From: Squalus acanthias
Lineage: Eukaryota
Reading direction: 5' to 3'
DNA: 64,000 bases
Assembly (NCBI GenBank): GCA_030390025.1
Contig: JASTWF010000109.1
Location: 124,001 to 188,000, forward strand
This document shows positions 12,530 to 25,700 of the stretch, one piece after another; the first letter of the stretch is position 1; every line of letters starts with the position of its first letter. The notes under the pieces were generated by a model that worked only from the letters and a program-made list of their open reading frames with translations, was not told where the DNA came from and did no database searches. A program made the translations under genes and the position numbers.

Positions 12530-15500
12530 GTGTGAGTGCTGATGTGTGTGTTAATGCGGATGTCTGTGTGTGTTGTGTGTAAGGGTGTGTGTGTGTTGAT
12601 GTGTGTGTTAATGCGGGTTTCTGTGTGTGTTTTGTGTGTAAGGTTGTGTGTGTGCTCTGTGTGTTAATGCGGGTGTCTGTGTGTGTTGTGTGGCAGGGTG
12701 TGTGTGTGTTGATGTGTGTGTGTTAATGCGGGCGTCTGTGTGTGCTGTTTGTAAGGGTGTGTGTGTGTTGATGTGTGTGTTAATGCGGGTGTCAGTGTGT
12801 GTTGTGTGTAAGGGTGTGTTTGTGTTGATGTGTGTGTTAATGCGGGTGTCTGTGTGTGTTTTGTGTTTAAGTGTGTGTGTGTGTGTGTTGTGTGTAAGGG
12901 TGCGTGTCTTGATGTTTGTGTTAATGCGGGTGTCTGTGTGTGTTGTGTGTAAGGGTGTGTGTGTGTTGATGTGTGTGTTAATGCGGGTGTCTGTGTGTGT
13001 TTTGTGTGTCGGGGTGTGTGTATGTTGATATGTGTGTTAATGCGGGTGTCTGTGTGTGTTTTGTGTAAGGGTGTGTGTGTGTTGATGTGTGTGTTAATGT
13101 GGGTGGCAGTGTGTGTTATTTGTAAGGGTGTGTGTGTGCGTTGTGTGTGTTAATGCGGGTGTCTGTGTGTGTTTTGTGTAAGGGTGTGTGTGTGTTGATG
13201 TATGTGTTAATGCGGGTGTCTGTGTTTGTTTTGTGTAAGGGTGTGTGTGTGTGTTGATATGTGTGTTAATGCGGGTGTCTGTGTGTGTTGTGTTTAAGGG
13301 TGTTAGTGTGTTGATGTGTGTGTTAATGCGGATGTCTGCGTGTGTTTTGTGTAAGGGTGTGTGTGTGTTGATGTGTGTGTTAATGCGGGTGACTGTGTTT
13401 GCTTTGTGCAAGGGTGTGTGTGTGTTGATGTGTGTGTTAATGCGGGTGTCTGTGTGTGTTTTGTGTAAGGGTGTGTGTTTGTTGATATGTGTGTTAATGA
13501 GGGTGTCTGTGTTTGCTTTGTGTAAGGGTGTGTGTGTTTTGATGTGTGTGTTAATGCGTGTGTCTGTATGTGTGTTGTGTAAGGGTGTGTGTGTGTGTGT
13601 GTTAATGCGGGTGTCTGTGTGTGTTGTGTGTAAGGAAGTGTGTGGGTTGATGTGTGTGTTAATGCGAGTGTCTGTGTGTGTTGTGTGGAAGGGTGTGTGT
13701 GTGTGTGTGTGTGTGTGTTAATGCGGGTCTCTGTGTGTGTTGTGTGTAAGGGTGTGTGTGGGTTGATGATTGTATTAATGCGGGTGTCTGTGTGTGTTGT
13801 GTGTAAGGGTGTGTCTTGGTTGATGTGCGTATTAATGCGGGTGTCTGTGTGTGTTGTGTGTAAGGGTGTGTGTGTGTTGATCTGTGTGTTAATGCGAGTG
13901 TCTGCATGTGTTTTGTGTAAGGGTGTGTGTGTGTTGATCTGTGTGTTAATGCTGGTGTCTGTGTGTGTTGTGTGTAAGGGTGTGTGTGTGTTGATGTGTG
14001 TGTTAATGCCGGTGTCTGTGTGTTGTGTGTAAGGGTGTGTGTGTGTGTTGATGTGTGTGTTAATGCGGGTGTCTGTGTGTGCTTTGTGTAAGTGTGTGTG
14101 TGTGTTGATGTGTGTGTTAATGCGGGTGTCTGTGTGTTGTGTGTAAGGGTGTGTGTGTGTGTTGCGTGTAAGGGTGTGTGTGTGTTTTTGTGTGTGTTAA
14201 TGCGGGTGTCTGTGTGTGTTTTGTGTAAGGGTGTGTGTGTGTTGATGTGTGTGTTAAGGCGGGTGTCTGTGTGTATTTTGTGTAAGGGTGTGTGTGTTGA
14301 TGTGCGTGTTAATGCGGGTGTCTGTGTGTGTTGTGTGTAAGGGTGTGTGTGAGTTGTGTGTGTGTTAATGTGGGTGTCTTTGTGTTGTGTGTAAGGATGT
14401 GTGTGTATTGATGTGTGTGTAATGCGGGTATCTGTGGGTGTGTTGTGTTTAAGGGTTTGTGTGTTTTGATGTGTGTGTTAATGCGGGTGTCTGTGTGTGT
14501 TTTGTCCAAGGGTGTGAGTGTGTTGTTCTGTAAATTAATGTGGGTGTCTGTGTGTGTTTTTTGTAAGGGTGTTTGTGTGTGCTGATGGGTGTGTTAATGC
14601 GGGTGTCTGTGTGTGTTGTGTGTCAGGGTGTGTGTGTTTTGATGTGTGTGTTAATGCGGCTGTCTGTTTTAGTTTGTTTAAGGGTTTGTGTGTGTTTTGT
14701 GTAAGAGTGTGTGTGTTGAGGTGTGTGTTAATGCGGGTGTCGGTGTGTGTTGTGCTCAGGGTGTGTGTGTGTTGTGTCTGTTAATGCGGGTGTCTGTGTG
14801 TGTTGTGTGTAAGGGTGTGTTTGTGTTGATGTGTGTGTTAATGCGGGTGTCTATGTGTGTTGTGTGTAAGGTGTGTGTGTGTTGATGTGTGTGTTAATGC
14901 GGGTGGCTGTGTGTGTTGTGTGCAAAGGTGTGTGTGTGTTGTTGTGTGGGTTAATGCGGGGGTTGTGTATGTGTTGATGTGTTTGTTAATGCGGGTGTGT
15001 TTGTGTGTTTTCTGTAATGATGTGTTTGTGTTGATGTGTGTGTTAAATCGGGTGTCTGTGTGTGTTCTGTGTAAGGGTGTGTGTGTGTTGATGTGTGTGT
15101 GAATGCGTGTGTATGTGTGTGTTGTCTGAAAGTGTGTGTGTTTTTTGACGTGTGTGTTAATGCGGGTGTGTGTGTTTTATTTAAAGGTGTGTCTGTGTTG
15201 CGTGTGTGTTAATGCGGTTGTCTGTGTGTTTTGTGTGTAAGGGTGTGACTGTGTTGATGTGTGTGTTAATGCGGGTGTCTGTGTGCGTTGTGTGTAAGGG
15301 TGTGTGAGTGTAGATGTGTGTGTTAATGCGGGTGTGTGTGCGTGTTGTGTGTAAGAGTGTGTGTGATAATGCGTGTGTCTGTGTGTGTTTTGTGTAAGAG
15401 TGTGTGTGTGTGTAGTATGTGTTAATGCGGCTGCCTGTGTTTGTTGTGTGTCAGGTTGTGTTTGTGTTGATGTGTGTGTTAATGCGGGTGTCTGTGTTTG

Positions 15501-18500
15501 TTTTGTGTAAGGGTGTGTGTTTTTGTGTTTGTTTTTGCGTGTGTATGTGCGTGTTCTGTGTAAGGGTGTGTGTGTGTTGTGTGTGTTAATGCGGGTGTTT
15601 TTGCACTCTGTGTAAGGGTGTGTGTGTGTGTTGATGTGTGTGTTAATGCTTGCGTCTCTGTATGTGTGTTGTGTGTAAGGTGTGTGTGTGTTGATGTGTG
15701 TGTTAATGCGGGTGTCTGTGTGTGTTTTTTGTAAGGGTGTGTGAGTGTTGATGTGTGTGTTAATGCGGGTGTCTGTGTGTCTTTTTTGTAAGGGTGTGTG
15801 AGTGTTGATGTGTGTGTTAATGTGGGTGTCTGTGAGTGTTGTGTGTAAGGGTGTGTGTGTGTTGATGTGTGTGTTAATACGGGTGTCTGTGTGTGTTTTG
15901 TGTAAGGGTGTGTGTGTTGGTGTGTGTGTTAATGCGGGTGTCTGTGTGTGTTTTGTGTAAGGTTATGTGTGAGTTGATGTGTGTGTTAATACGGGTGTCT
16001 GTGTGTGTTTTGTGTAAGGGTGTGTGTGTGTTGGTGTGTATGTTTTTGCGGGTGCCTGTGTTGGTTTGTTTAATGGTGTTTGTGTGTTGAAATGTGTGTT
16101 AATGCGGGTGTCTGTGTATGTTGTGTGTAAGGGTGTGTGTGTGTTGTGTGTGTTAATGCGTTTGTCTGTTTGTGTTGTTTGTAAGTGTGTGTGTGTGTTG
16201 ATGTGTGTGTTAATGCGGGTGTGTGTGTGTTGTGTGTAAGGGTGTGTGTGTGTTGATGTGTGTGTTAATGTGTGTGTCTGTGCGTGTTGTGTGCATGGGT
16301 GTGTGTGTGTTGTATGTGTTAATGCGGGTGCCTGTGTTTGTTGTGTGTAAGGTTGTGTATGTGTTGATGTGTTTGTTAATGCGGGTGTGTTTGTGTGTTT
16401 TCTGTAATGATGTGTTTGTGTTGATGTGTGTGTTAAATCGGGTGTCTGTGTGTTTTGTGTGTAAGGGTGTGACTGTGTTGACGTGTGTGTTAATGCGGGT
16501 GTTTGTGTGTTTTGTGTGTAAGAGTGTGTGTGTGTTGATGTTTGTATCAATGCGGGTGTCTGTGTGTGTTTTGTGTAATGGTGTGTGTGTGTGTAAGTGT
16601 GTGTGTTTGTGTTGATGTGTGTGTTAATGCGGGTGTCTGTGTGTTTTGTGTGTAAGGGTGTGTGTGTGTTGATGTGTGTGTTAATGCGGGTGTCTGTAAG
16701 TGTTGTGCGTAAGAGTGTGTGTGTGTTGATATGCGTGTTAATGAAGGTGTCTGTGTGTGTTTTGTGTGTAAGGGTGTGTGTGTGTTGTGTGTGTTAATGC
16801 GGGTGTCTGTGTGTATTGTGTAAGGGTGTGTGTGTGATGTGTGTTTTAATGCGGGTGTCTGTGTGTGTTGTGTGAAAGGATGTGTGTGTTGATGTGTGTG
16901 TTAATGCGGGTGTCTGTGTGTGTTGTGTGTAAGGGTGTGTGTGTGTTGATTTGTGTGTTAATGCGGGTGTCTGTGTGTGTTGTGTGTAAGGGTGTGTGTT
17001 TTATGATGTGTGTGTTAATGCGGGTGTCTGTGTGTTGTGTGTAAGGGTGTGTGTGAGTTGATGTGTGAGTTAATGCGAGTGTCTGTGTGTGTTTTGTGTA
17101 AGTGTGTGTGTGTGTTGATGTGTGTGTTAATGCGGGTGTCTGTGTGTTTTGTGTGTAAGGGTGTGTGTGTGTTGATGTGTGTGTTAATGCGGGTGTCTGT
17201 GTGTGTTTTGTGTAATGGTGTGTGTGTGTGTAAGTGTGTGTGTTTGTGTTGATGTGTGTGTTAATGCGGGTGTCTGTAAGTGTTGTGTGCAAGCGTGTGT
17301 GTGTGTTGATATGCGTGTTAATGAAGGTGTCTGTGTCTGTTTTGTGTGTAAGGGTGTGTGTGTGTTGATGTGTGTGTTAATGCGGGTGTCTGTGTGTATT
17401 GTGTAAGGGTGTGTGTGTGTTGTGTGTGTTAATACGGGTGTCTGTGTGTGTTGTGTGTAAGGTTGTGTGTGTGTTGTGTGTGTTAATGCGGGTGTCTGTG
17501 TGTATTGTGTAAGGGTGTGTGTGTGTTAATACGGGTGTCTGTGTGTGTTGTGTGTAAGGGTGTATGTGTGTTGTATGTGTTAATGCGGGTGTCTGTGTGT
17601 GTTTTGTGTAAGGGTGTGTGTGCTTGTTGATGTGTGTGTTAATTCGGGTGTCTGTGTGTATTGTGTAAGGGTGTGTGTGTGTTGTGTGTGTTAATGCGGG
17701 TGTCTGTGTGTGTTGTGTGTAAGAGTGTGTGTGTTGTTGTGTGTGTTAATGCGGGTCTCTGTGTGTGTTGTGTGTAAGGGTGTGTGTGTTGTGTGTGTTA
17801 ATGCGGGTGTCTATGTGTGTTTTTTGTAAGGGTGTCTGTGTGTTGATGTGTGTGTTAATGCGGGTGTCTGTAAGTGTTGTGTGTAAGAGTGTGTGTGTGT
17901 TGATATGCGTGTTAATGCGGGTGTCTGTGTGTATTGTGTAAGGGTGTGTGTGTGTTGTGTGTGTGAATGCGGGTGTCTGTGTGTGTTTTGTGTAAGGGTG
18001 TGTGTGCTTGTTGATGTGTGTGTTAATTCGGGTGTCTGTGTGTATTGTGTAAGGGTGTGTGTGTGTTGTGTGTGTTAATGCGGGTGTCTGTGTGTGTTGT
18101 GTGTAAGGGTGTGTGTGTTGTTGTGTGTGTTAATGCGGGTGTCTGTGTGTTTTGTGTGTAAGGGTGTGTGTGTGTTGATGTGTGTGTTAATGCGGGTGTC
18201 TGTAAGTGTTGTGCGTAAGAGTGTGTGTGTGTTGATATGCGTTAATGAAGGTGTCTGTGTGTGTTTTGTGTGTAAGGGTGTGTGCGTGTTGATGTGTGTG
18301 TTAATGCGGGTATCTGTAAGTGTTGTGTGTAAGAGTGTGTGTTTGTTGATATGCGTGTTAATGCGGGTGTCTGTGTGTATTGTGTAAGGGTGTGCGTGTG
18401 TTGTGTGTGTTAATGCGGGGGTCTGTGTGTATTTTTTAAGGGTGTGTGTTTGTTGTGTCTGTTAATACGGGTGTCTGTGTGTATGGTGTAAGGGTGTGTG

Positions 18501-20330
18501 TGTGTTGTGTTTGTTAATACGGGTGTCTGTGTGTGTTGTGTGTAAGGGTGTGTGTGTGTTGTGTGTGTTAATGCGGGTGTCTGTGTGTATTGTGTAAGGG
18601 TGTGTGTGTGTTAATACGGGTGTCTGTGTGTGTTGTGTGTAAGGGTGCCTGTGTGTTGTGTGTGTTAATGCGGGTGTCTGTGTGTATTGTGTAAGGGTGT
18701 GTGTGTGTTGTGTGTGTTAATGCGCGTGTCTGTGTGTGTTGTGTGTAAGGGTGTGTGTGTTCTTGTGTGTGTTAATGCGGGTCTCTGTGTGTGTTGTATG
18801 TAAGGGTGTGTGTGTGTGTTGTTGTGTGTGTTAATGCGGGTGTCTATGTGTGTTTTTTGTAAGGGTGTGTGTGTGTTGATGTGTGTGTTAATGCGAGTGT
18901 CTGTGTGTGTTGTGTGTAAGGGTGTGTGTGTTGATATGCGTGTTAATGCGGGTGTCTGTGTGTATTGTGTAAGGGTGTGTGAGTGTTGTGTGTGTTAATG
19001 CGGGTGTCTGTGTGTATTGTGTAAGTGTGTGTGTGTGTTGTGTGTTTTAATGCGGGTGTCTGTGTGTGTTGTGTGTAAGGGTGTTTGTGTGTTGTGTGTG
19101 TTAATGCAGGTGTCTGTGTGTGTTTTGTGTAAGGTGTGTGTGTGTTGATGTGTGTGTTAATGCGGGTGACTGCGTGTGTTGTGTTTTAGGGTGTGTGTGT
19201 GTTGTGTGTGTTAATGCGGGTGTCTGTGTGTATTGTGTAAGGGTGTTTGTGTGTTAATACGGGTGTCTGTGTGTGTTGTGTGTAAGGGTGTCTGTGTGTT
19301 GTGTGTGTTAATGCGGGTGTCTGTGTGTGTTTTGTGTAAGGGTGTGTGTGCTTGTTGATGTGTGTGTTAATTCGGTTGTCTGTGTGTATTGTGTAAGGGT
19401 GTGTGTGTGTTGTGTGTGTTAATGCGGGTGTCTGTGTGTTTTGTGTGTAAGGGTGTGTGTGTGTTGATGTGTGTGTTAATGCGGGTGTGTGTGTGTGTTG
19501 TGTTTAATGGTGTGTCTGTTGATGTGTTTGTTGATGTGGGTGTCTGTGTGAGCTGTGTGTAAGGGTATGTGTGTGTTGATGTGTGTGTTAATGCGGGTGT
19601 CTGTGTGTGTTGTGTGTAAGGGTGTGTGTGTTGTTGTGTGTGTTAATGCGGGTGTCTGTGTGTGTTGTGTGTAAGGGTGTGTGTGTGTTGTTTTGTGTGT
19701 TAATGCGGGTGTCTATGTGTGTTTTTGTAAGGGTGTGTGTGTGTTGATGTGTGTGTTAATGCGAATGTCTGTGTGTGTTGTGTGTAAGGGTGTGTGTGTG
19801 TTGATATGCGTGTTAATGCGGGTGTCTGTGTGTATTGTGTAAGGGTGTGTGTGTGTTGTGTGTGTTAATGCGGGTGTCTGTGTGTATTGTGTAAGTGTGT
19901 GTGTGTGTTGTGTGTTTTAATGCGGGTGTCTGTGTGTGTTGTGTGTAAGGGTGTTTGTGTGTTGTGTGTGTTAATGCGGGTGTCTCTGTGTGTTTTGTGT
20001 AAGGGTGTGTGTGTGTTGATGTGTGTGTTAATGCGGGTGACTGCGTGTGTTGTGTTTTAGGGTGTGTGTGTGTTGTGTGTGTTAATGCGTGTGCCTGTGT
20101 GTGTTGTGTGTAAGGGATGTCTGTGTGTTGATGTGCTTGTTAATGCGGGTGTCTGTGTGTGTTGTGTGTAAGGGTGTGTTTGTGTTGATGTGTGTGTTTA
20201 TGCGGGTGTCTGTGTGTGTTGTGTGTAAGGGATGTCTGTGTGTTGATGTGCTTGTTAATGCGGGTGTCTGTGTGTGTTGTGTGTAAGGGTGTGTGTTTGT
20301 TGATGTGTGTTAATGCGCGTGTCTCTGTGA
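12530..20330. repeat. ~7.8 kb GT-rich satellite, unit ~57 bp (GTGTGTGTTAATGCGGGTGTCTGTGTGTGTTGTGTGTAAGGGTGTGTGTGTGTTGAT), with degenerate flanks
   Basis: Direct periodicity; lies in the CH4b-TM1 intron. Confidence 0.97.
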
Positions 20331-20939
20331 GTTTTGTGTTAGTGACTGTGCGTAAATGTATGTGTTATGCAGTTGTCTGTGTGTCTTTTCTGTCATTTTT
20401 TTTGTTTCGATTTGTGTGTTTATGCTGGTGTATGTTTGTGTTTGTTAAAGCAGGTGACTGTGTGTGGGTTGTGTAAGTGTGTATTTGTTGATGTGCGTTT
20501 TTGTGCGGGTTTCTACGTGTCTGTGTTTTGCAGGTGTCTGTGTGTATGTTAATGCGGGTGTCTGTGTGTCTTTTCTGTTAGTGGGTGTGTGTGTCGATTT
20601 GTGCGTTTATGCTGGTGTCTGTGTCTGTTTATGTGTGAGTGTGCACACAGCGGGTGGTATGCAACATTTCAACCGATGGTCCTCAGCAACATCAGAGAAA
20701 CATGCATGATTAATCAGGAGTGGATTCAATCATCAGCATATATCTGGACTATCATAATATTCTGTTAGTTTACGAATAAAATGGACAATTTTGCCACAAA
20801 CCTTCTGTAAAGATACTATGTTGAATACATGTTTTTACCAATATGTTTCCCATGCTGCCATTTTAACGGTTTCGAACAGTGAGTTAGAAGCTGATTTTTA
20901 ATTTATGACAACTGAGTTCATAGAATAGAGATTGAGTCA

Positions 20940-21730
20940 CCTCCCCTTTCTCTGTCAGGGGAGTGTGGGCTACAGTGGGTTAACAATTGCCCTTTGCCCT
21001 CTCTCTGGTGGTGAAGTTGTGGTACAGTGTGTTCACAATTGCCCTTTCCGTTCTTTTTTGCGGGGGGTGGGTGTAAGGGGTTAAAACATGCCCTTTTCCC
21101 TCTCTCTGGTTGGGGTGTGGGTGTACAGTGGGTTAACAATTGCTCTTTCCCCTCTCTCTGGTGGGGTTGGGGGTACAGTGGGTTAACAATTGCCTATTCC
21201 CTCTGTCTGGTGGGGGAGTTGTGGTACATTGGGTTAACAATAGCCCTTTTCACTCTCTCTGGTGGGGGAGTTGTGGTACAGTGTGTTAAATATAGCCCTT
21301 CCCCCTCTCTCTGGTGGGGGAGTTGTGGTACATTTGGTTAACAATAGCCCTTTTCCCTCTCTCTGGTGGGGGAGTTGTGGTACATTTGTTTAACAATAGC
21401 CCTTTTCCCTCTCTCTGGTGGGGGAGTTTTGGTACAGTTGGTTAACAATTGCCCTTGTCCCTTTCTCTGGTGGGGAGTTGTGGTACAGTGTGTTAAATAT
21501 ATCACTTTCCCCTCTCTCTGGTGGGGAATTGTGGTGCAGCGGGTTAACAATTACCCTTTTCCCTCTCTCTGGTGGGGGAGTTGTGGTACTGTGGGGTAAC
21601 AGATGCCCTTTCCCCTCTCTCTATTTTAGGGAATTTGTGGTACAGTTGGTTAACAATTGTCTTTTCCTCTCTCTCTCTCGTGGGGGAAGTGGAGATACAT
21701 TTGGTTAACAATTGTCCTTTCTTCTCTCTC
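20940..21730. repeat. 53-bp satellite (TACAGTGGGTTAACAATTGCC...CCCTCTCTCTGGTGGGGGAG) 3' of CH4b
   Basis: Same unit as the 23940-25700 array. Confidence 0.9.
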
Positions 21731-21837
21731 TAATTTAAATATCCCCAATTCAGATACACAGCCTGCCCCTTGACAACAATGGGAATCATAATTTACTGAG
21801 CGGCTGTGTTTTTAACTCACGGTTGGAAGAAAACGCA

Positions 21838-21843
21838 TTTATT
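21838..21843 (-). terminator. Poly(A) signal for the secreted form ending in CH4b
   Basis: AATAAA ~40 nt after the CH4b tail stop. Confidence 0.75.
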
Positions 21844-21880
21844 GTTATTTTTTAAGAACTGAAATTCAAACGAGAGTTTC

Positions 21881-22272
21881 TCATTGACAAGAATTGACGG
21901 AGTCCATCAGTACAAGGGAAATGTTCAGAAAACTTGCTTTACCGCTGGATTTATTGACCGTTCTGGTGATGATCTTCAAGGGGATCGCTTCATGTCCCAC
22001 CACACAGGAGTAGGAAGCGCCGCTGGCCCACTCCTCCGCTGCAATGGATAACAGGCTGTAGATGAAGAAGGAACTGCTGCCGTTCTCCGCCATCACCTCG
22101 GTGTTCTTGTAGTTGCTGGAATTCACCGGCTTGTCATTGACGGTCCACTTGACGAAGATCTCTCGGGGGGAGAATCCTCTCCCAAAGCAGGTGAGGGTGA
22201 CGGATCTCTGAGGGGCGATTTCTTCTGCCGAGTGCAGGAGGACAGACACGAACGGTTGCCGCGGATGTTGAG
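21881..22272 (-). CDS. IGHM: IgM CH4 exon, copy b, with intact secretory tailpiece
   Basis: ctgcag| [13 protein letters not shown]...LTC...W...[13 protein letters not shown]...[24 protein letters not shown]; NIS glycosylation site, penultimate Cys; internal TM donor G|GTAAA at 21943/21942. Confidence 0.95.
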
Positions 22273-22750
22273 CTGCAGGACAATTACAAGAAAGGACAAT
22301 AAACTGGAGAATTCCAGAGACAATGATAGAGGTGGTTAGATGTGAGAAGAATGTGCTTCATGCTGAATTTTGAAGAATTTATTTTTCCCCTCTGGACCCT
22401 GTCTGGTTTCCAGCCCGCAGCTGAGGGATATGCACTCCTTCTCCCTAAGAGCTTGAAGAGTTGAATTTACAGCACAGAAACAGGCCATTCGGCCCAACAA
22501 CTCCACAGGAGACTCCTCCCATTACTTCATCAAACCCCAATAGCAGATAAGTCGATTCCTTTTTCCTTCATGGACTTATCTAGTTTCCCCTTAGGTGCAT
22601 TATCTCGGTCCCAGAATGTTTAGTTAGTGGAATTACCAATCTGAATTATCAGAATAGTACATTAAAGCTCTTAATAGAATGAATCGGCCCTTACACATAC
22701 ACTGGAAATAGCCACAGTGTGTCACTTATTGCTACAATCTCACCACTCAC

Positions 22751-23060
22751 CTGTTTCCTTGTGGATGGAAGCTCTTGCAGCAGTCGGCATATCCTGATGG
22801 CTCACCACGCAGGTGAACTCATCCCCACTCAGCCAGGCTTGTGTCGAGATGTTTATGTTGCTGATCACGCTGTTGGGATCCTCTCCGGGTTGAACGGTCA
22901 ACCTCTGATTTCAAAGTCTCCTTTCCTCGGGTCCAGGTCACGGTGACTCCATAAGGAGCATTAGACAAGACGCAGGGTAAGGTCACCGTTGTCTCCAGTA
23001 AGACCTGTTCTAGTGACGGCTGACGAAGAGTAATCACTGGATCGCTGCTTGTGATAGGAT
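22751..23060 (-). pseudogene. IGHM: IgM CH3 exon, copy b, with a +1 frameshift near 22896-22899
   Basis: Intact ag/gt sites but 310 nt long (3n+1); reads [20 protein letters not shown]...KSEV, then resumes in another frame [35 protein letters not shown]...HKET; premature TGA at 22819-22821. Confidence 0.88.
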
Positions 23061-23939
23061 CTGTGAAATGGAAATGAATGTCAAGCAAAGCTTCATCTCA
23101 GAAACAGGACACCAGTATTCAGCTATTACTGTCACAAGGAGAATAAATCACCTTTGTGATATCACCAAATCGCTGTTGCTTAAACACCATCGTTATTGGA
23201 AGGACAATGAATTAGCAACGAATCCGGGAGATTCTTTAACATTTCCTGTGTATTTGCTCCCAGAGCCTCCTGTAATGGGCTGTGAAGCAAATACCCGGCG
23301 TACAAATACAATTTCGGGGGCAATTGTGTTAGGCACTGAATAGAGCTCTTGCCGAAATCCCTTGCTCCTTTACGCCCAACTATAGATCCTGGTGCTCGAA
23401 CACATCTCCGCTCCTTATAATGCCTCCGCCTCAATGGGTCAAGATCTACTCGAAAATTACACTGGTTCAAAACGGCTGTCAAATGAAATCCACGATTTTA
23501 TCTGGAACAGAAAAAAAGTGAATGTCCTGGTTTCTTCTTGCGATTTTGGGGGCGATGTAATTGTGCAGGAACCTGCTGCAACCCCCGTCAGAGGAGAGGT
23601 GAAAGTCGGGAGAATGGAGCTCCAAGGCCTCTTTTGTGGTGGGGAATAATTTGAAATGCCGGGGTGGGGTAGTTTGCTAATTTGTCTGGTGTGAGAGACT
23701 CAGAATGAAGTACGACCGCAGGGCAGCAACAGGAACACAGGAACAGGAGGAGGCCATTCACCCCATCCAGCCTGTTCCGTCATTCAATGAGATCATGGCT
23801 GATCTGCACCTCAACACCATCTACCTGCATTGTTTGTGGAACCCTTGTAACCTTGTAACCTTGACTAACAAAAATCTAACAATCTCTGTTTTGATATTTT
23901 CAATTGACGCCCATCTTCATCATCTTTTTGGGGGCGAGA

Positions 23940-25700
23940 TTGTGAGATTCAGTGGTATAACAATTGCCCTTACCCCTCTCTCTGGTGAGGGAGTGGGAGG
24001 TACAGTGGTATAACAATTGCTCTATTTTCTCTCGCTGGTGGGTGGGTGGATGTAAAGTTGTTTAACAATTGTTCTTTCCCCTCTCTCTGCTGGGTGAGTG
24101 AAGATACGGTGGGTTAACAGCTGTCCTTTCCCCTCTCTCTGTTGGGGCAGTGGGGGCATAGTGGTTTAACAACTGCCCTTTCCCTATCAATGGCGCGTGC
24201 GTGGAGATACAGTGGGTTAACAATTGCCATTTCCCCTCTCTCTGCTGAGTGAGTGAAGATACGGTGAGCTAACAATTGTCGTTTCCCTATCAATGGTGAG
24301 GGAGTGGGGCACAATGGGTTAACAACTGCCATTTCCCTTTCAATGGTGGGGGAGCGGGGGTACAGCGGATGAACATTTGCCCTTTCCCTACCTATGTTGA
24401 GGGAATGGGGCCACAGTGGGTTAATAAATGCCCTTTCCCGATCAATGGTTGGGGAGTTGGTGTACAGTGGTTTCACATTTGCCCTTTCCCTACCTATGTT
24501 GAGGGAGTGGGGCACAGTGGGTAAACAACCGCCCTTTCTCTATCAATGGTGGGAGAATGGGGGTACAGTAGATTATTATTTGTCCTTTTCCTATCAATGC
24601 TGGGGGAGTGGGGGCGCAGTGTGCTAACAAACTTCCTTTCCCTATCAAAGCTGGGGGAATGGGATTACAGTGGGTTGATAAATTCCCATTCCCTATCAAA
24701 GCTGGGGGAGTGCGTGTACAGTAGGTTAACATGTGCCCTTTCCCTAACTATGTTGAGGGAGTGGCGGTACAGTGGGTTAACATCTTCCCTTTCCCTTCAC
24801 TCTTTCGCGGCAGTGAGAGGTACAGTGTGTCAACAATTGTCGTTTCCACTCTCTCTGGTGAGGGAGTGGTGATACAGGGTTAACATTGCCCTTCTCTCTC
24901 TATCTGGTGGGTGAGTGGGAGTTACAGTGTGTTAACAATTGCCTTTTCCCCTCTCTCTGGTGCGGCAGTGGTGATACAGTGTGTTAACAATTGCCATTTC
25001 CCCTCTCTCTGGTGATGCAGTGGGAGTTACAGTGGGTTAACAATTGCCTTTTCCCCTCTCTCTGGTGATGCAGTGGGAGTTACAGTGGGTTAACAATTGC
25101 CTTTTCCCCTCTCTCTGGTGATGCAGTGGGAGTTACAGTGGGTTAACAATTGTCTTTTCCCCTCTCTCTGGTGATGCAGTGGGAGTTACAGTGGGTTAAC
25201 AATTGCGTTTTCCCCTCTCTCTGGTGATGCAGTGGGAGTTACAGTGGGTTAACAATTGCCTTTTCCCCTCTCTGTGGTGATGCAGTGGGAGTTACAGTGG
25301 GTTAACAATTGCCTTTTCCCCTATATCTGGTGCGGCAGTGGAGGTACAGTGTGGTAACATTTGCCCTTCCCTCTATATCTGGTGAGGCAGTGAGAGGTAC
25401 TGTTTGTTAAAAATTGCAATTTTCCCCTCTCTCTGGTGAGGCAGTGGTGATACAGAGTGTTAACAATTGCCCTTCTCTCTCTCCCTGGTGAGGCAGTGAG
25501 AGGTACAGTGTGTTAACAATTGCCCTTCTCTCTCTCCCTGGTGAGGCAGTGAGAGGTACAGTGTGTTAACAATTGCCCTTCTCTCTCTCCCTGGTGAGGC
25601 AGTGAGAGGTACAGTGTGTTAACAATTGTCATTTCCGCTCTCTTTGGCGCGGCAGTGGTGATACATGAGTTAACAATTGCACTTCCCCCTCTATCTGTTG
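23940..25700. repeat. 53-bp satellite 3' of CH4a
   Basis: Near-perfect units at 25028, 25081, 25134 (period 53). Confidence 0.93.

Noticed and set aside
12530-20710. Many Cys/Val-rich or Thr/His-rich ORFs
   Set aside because: Translations of the GT-rich satellite; no coding signal
20940-25700. 53-bp repeats (and the 67-, 38- and 27-bp arrays) as CRISPR arrays
   Set aside because: Head-to-tail units without unique spacers, no cas genes, vertebrate context
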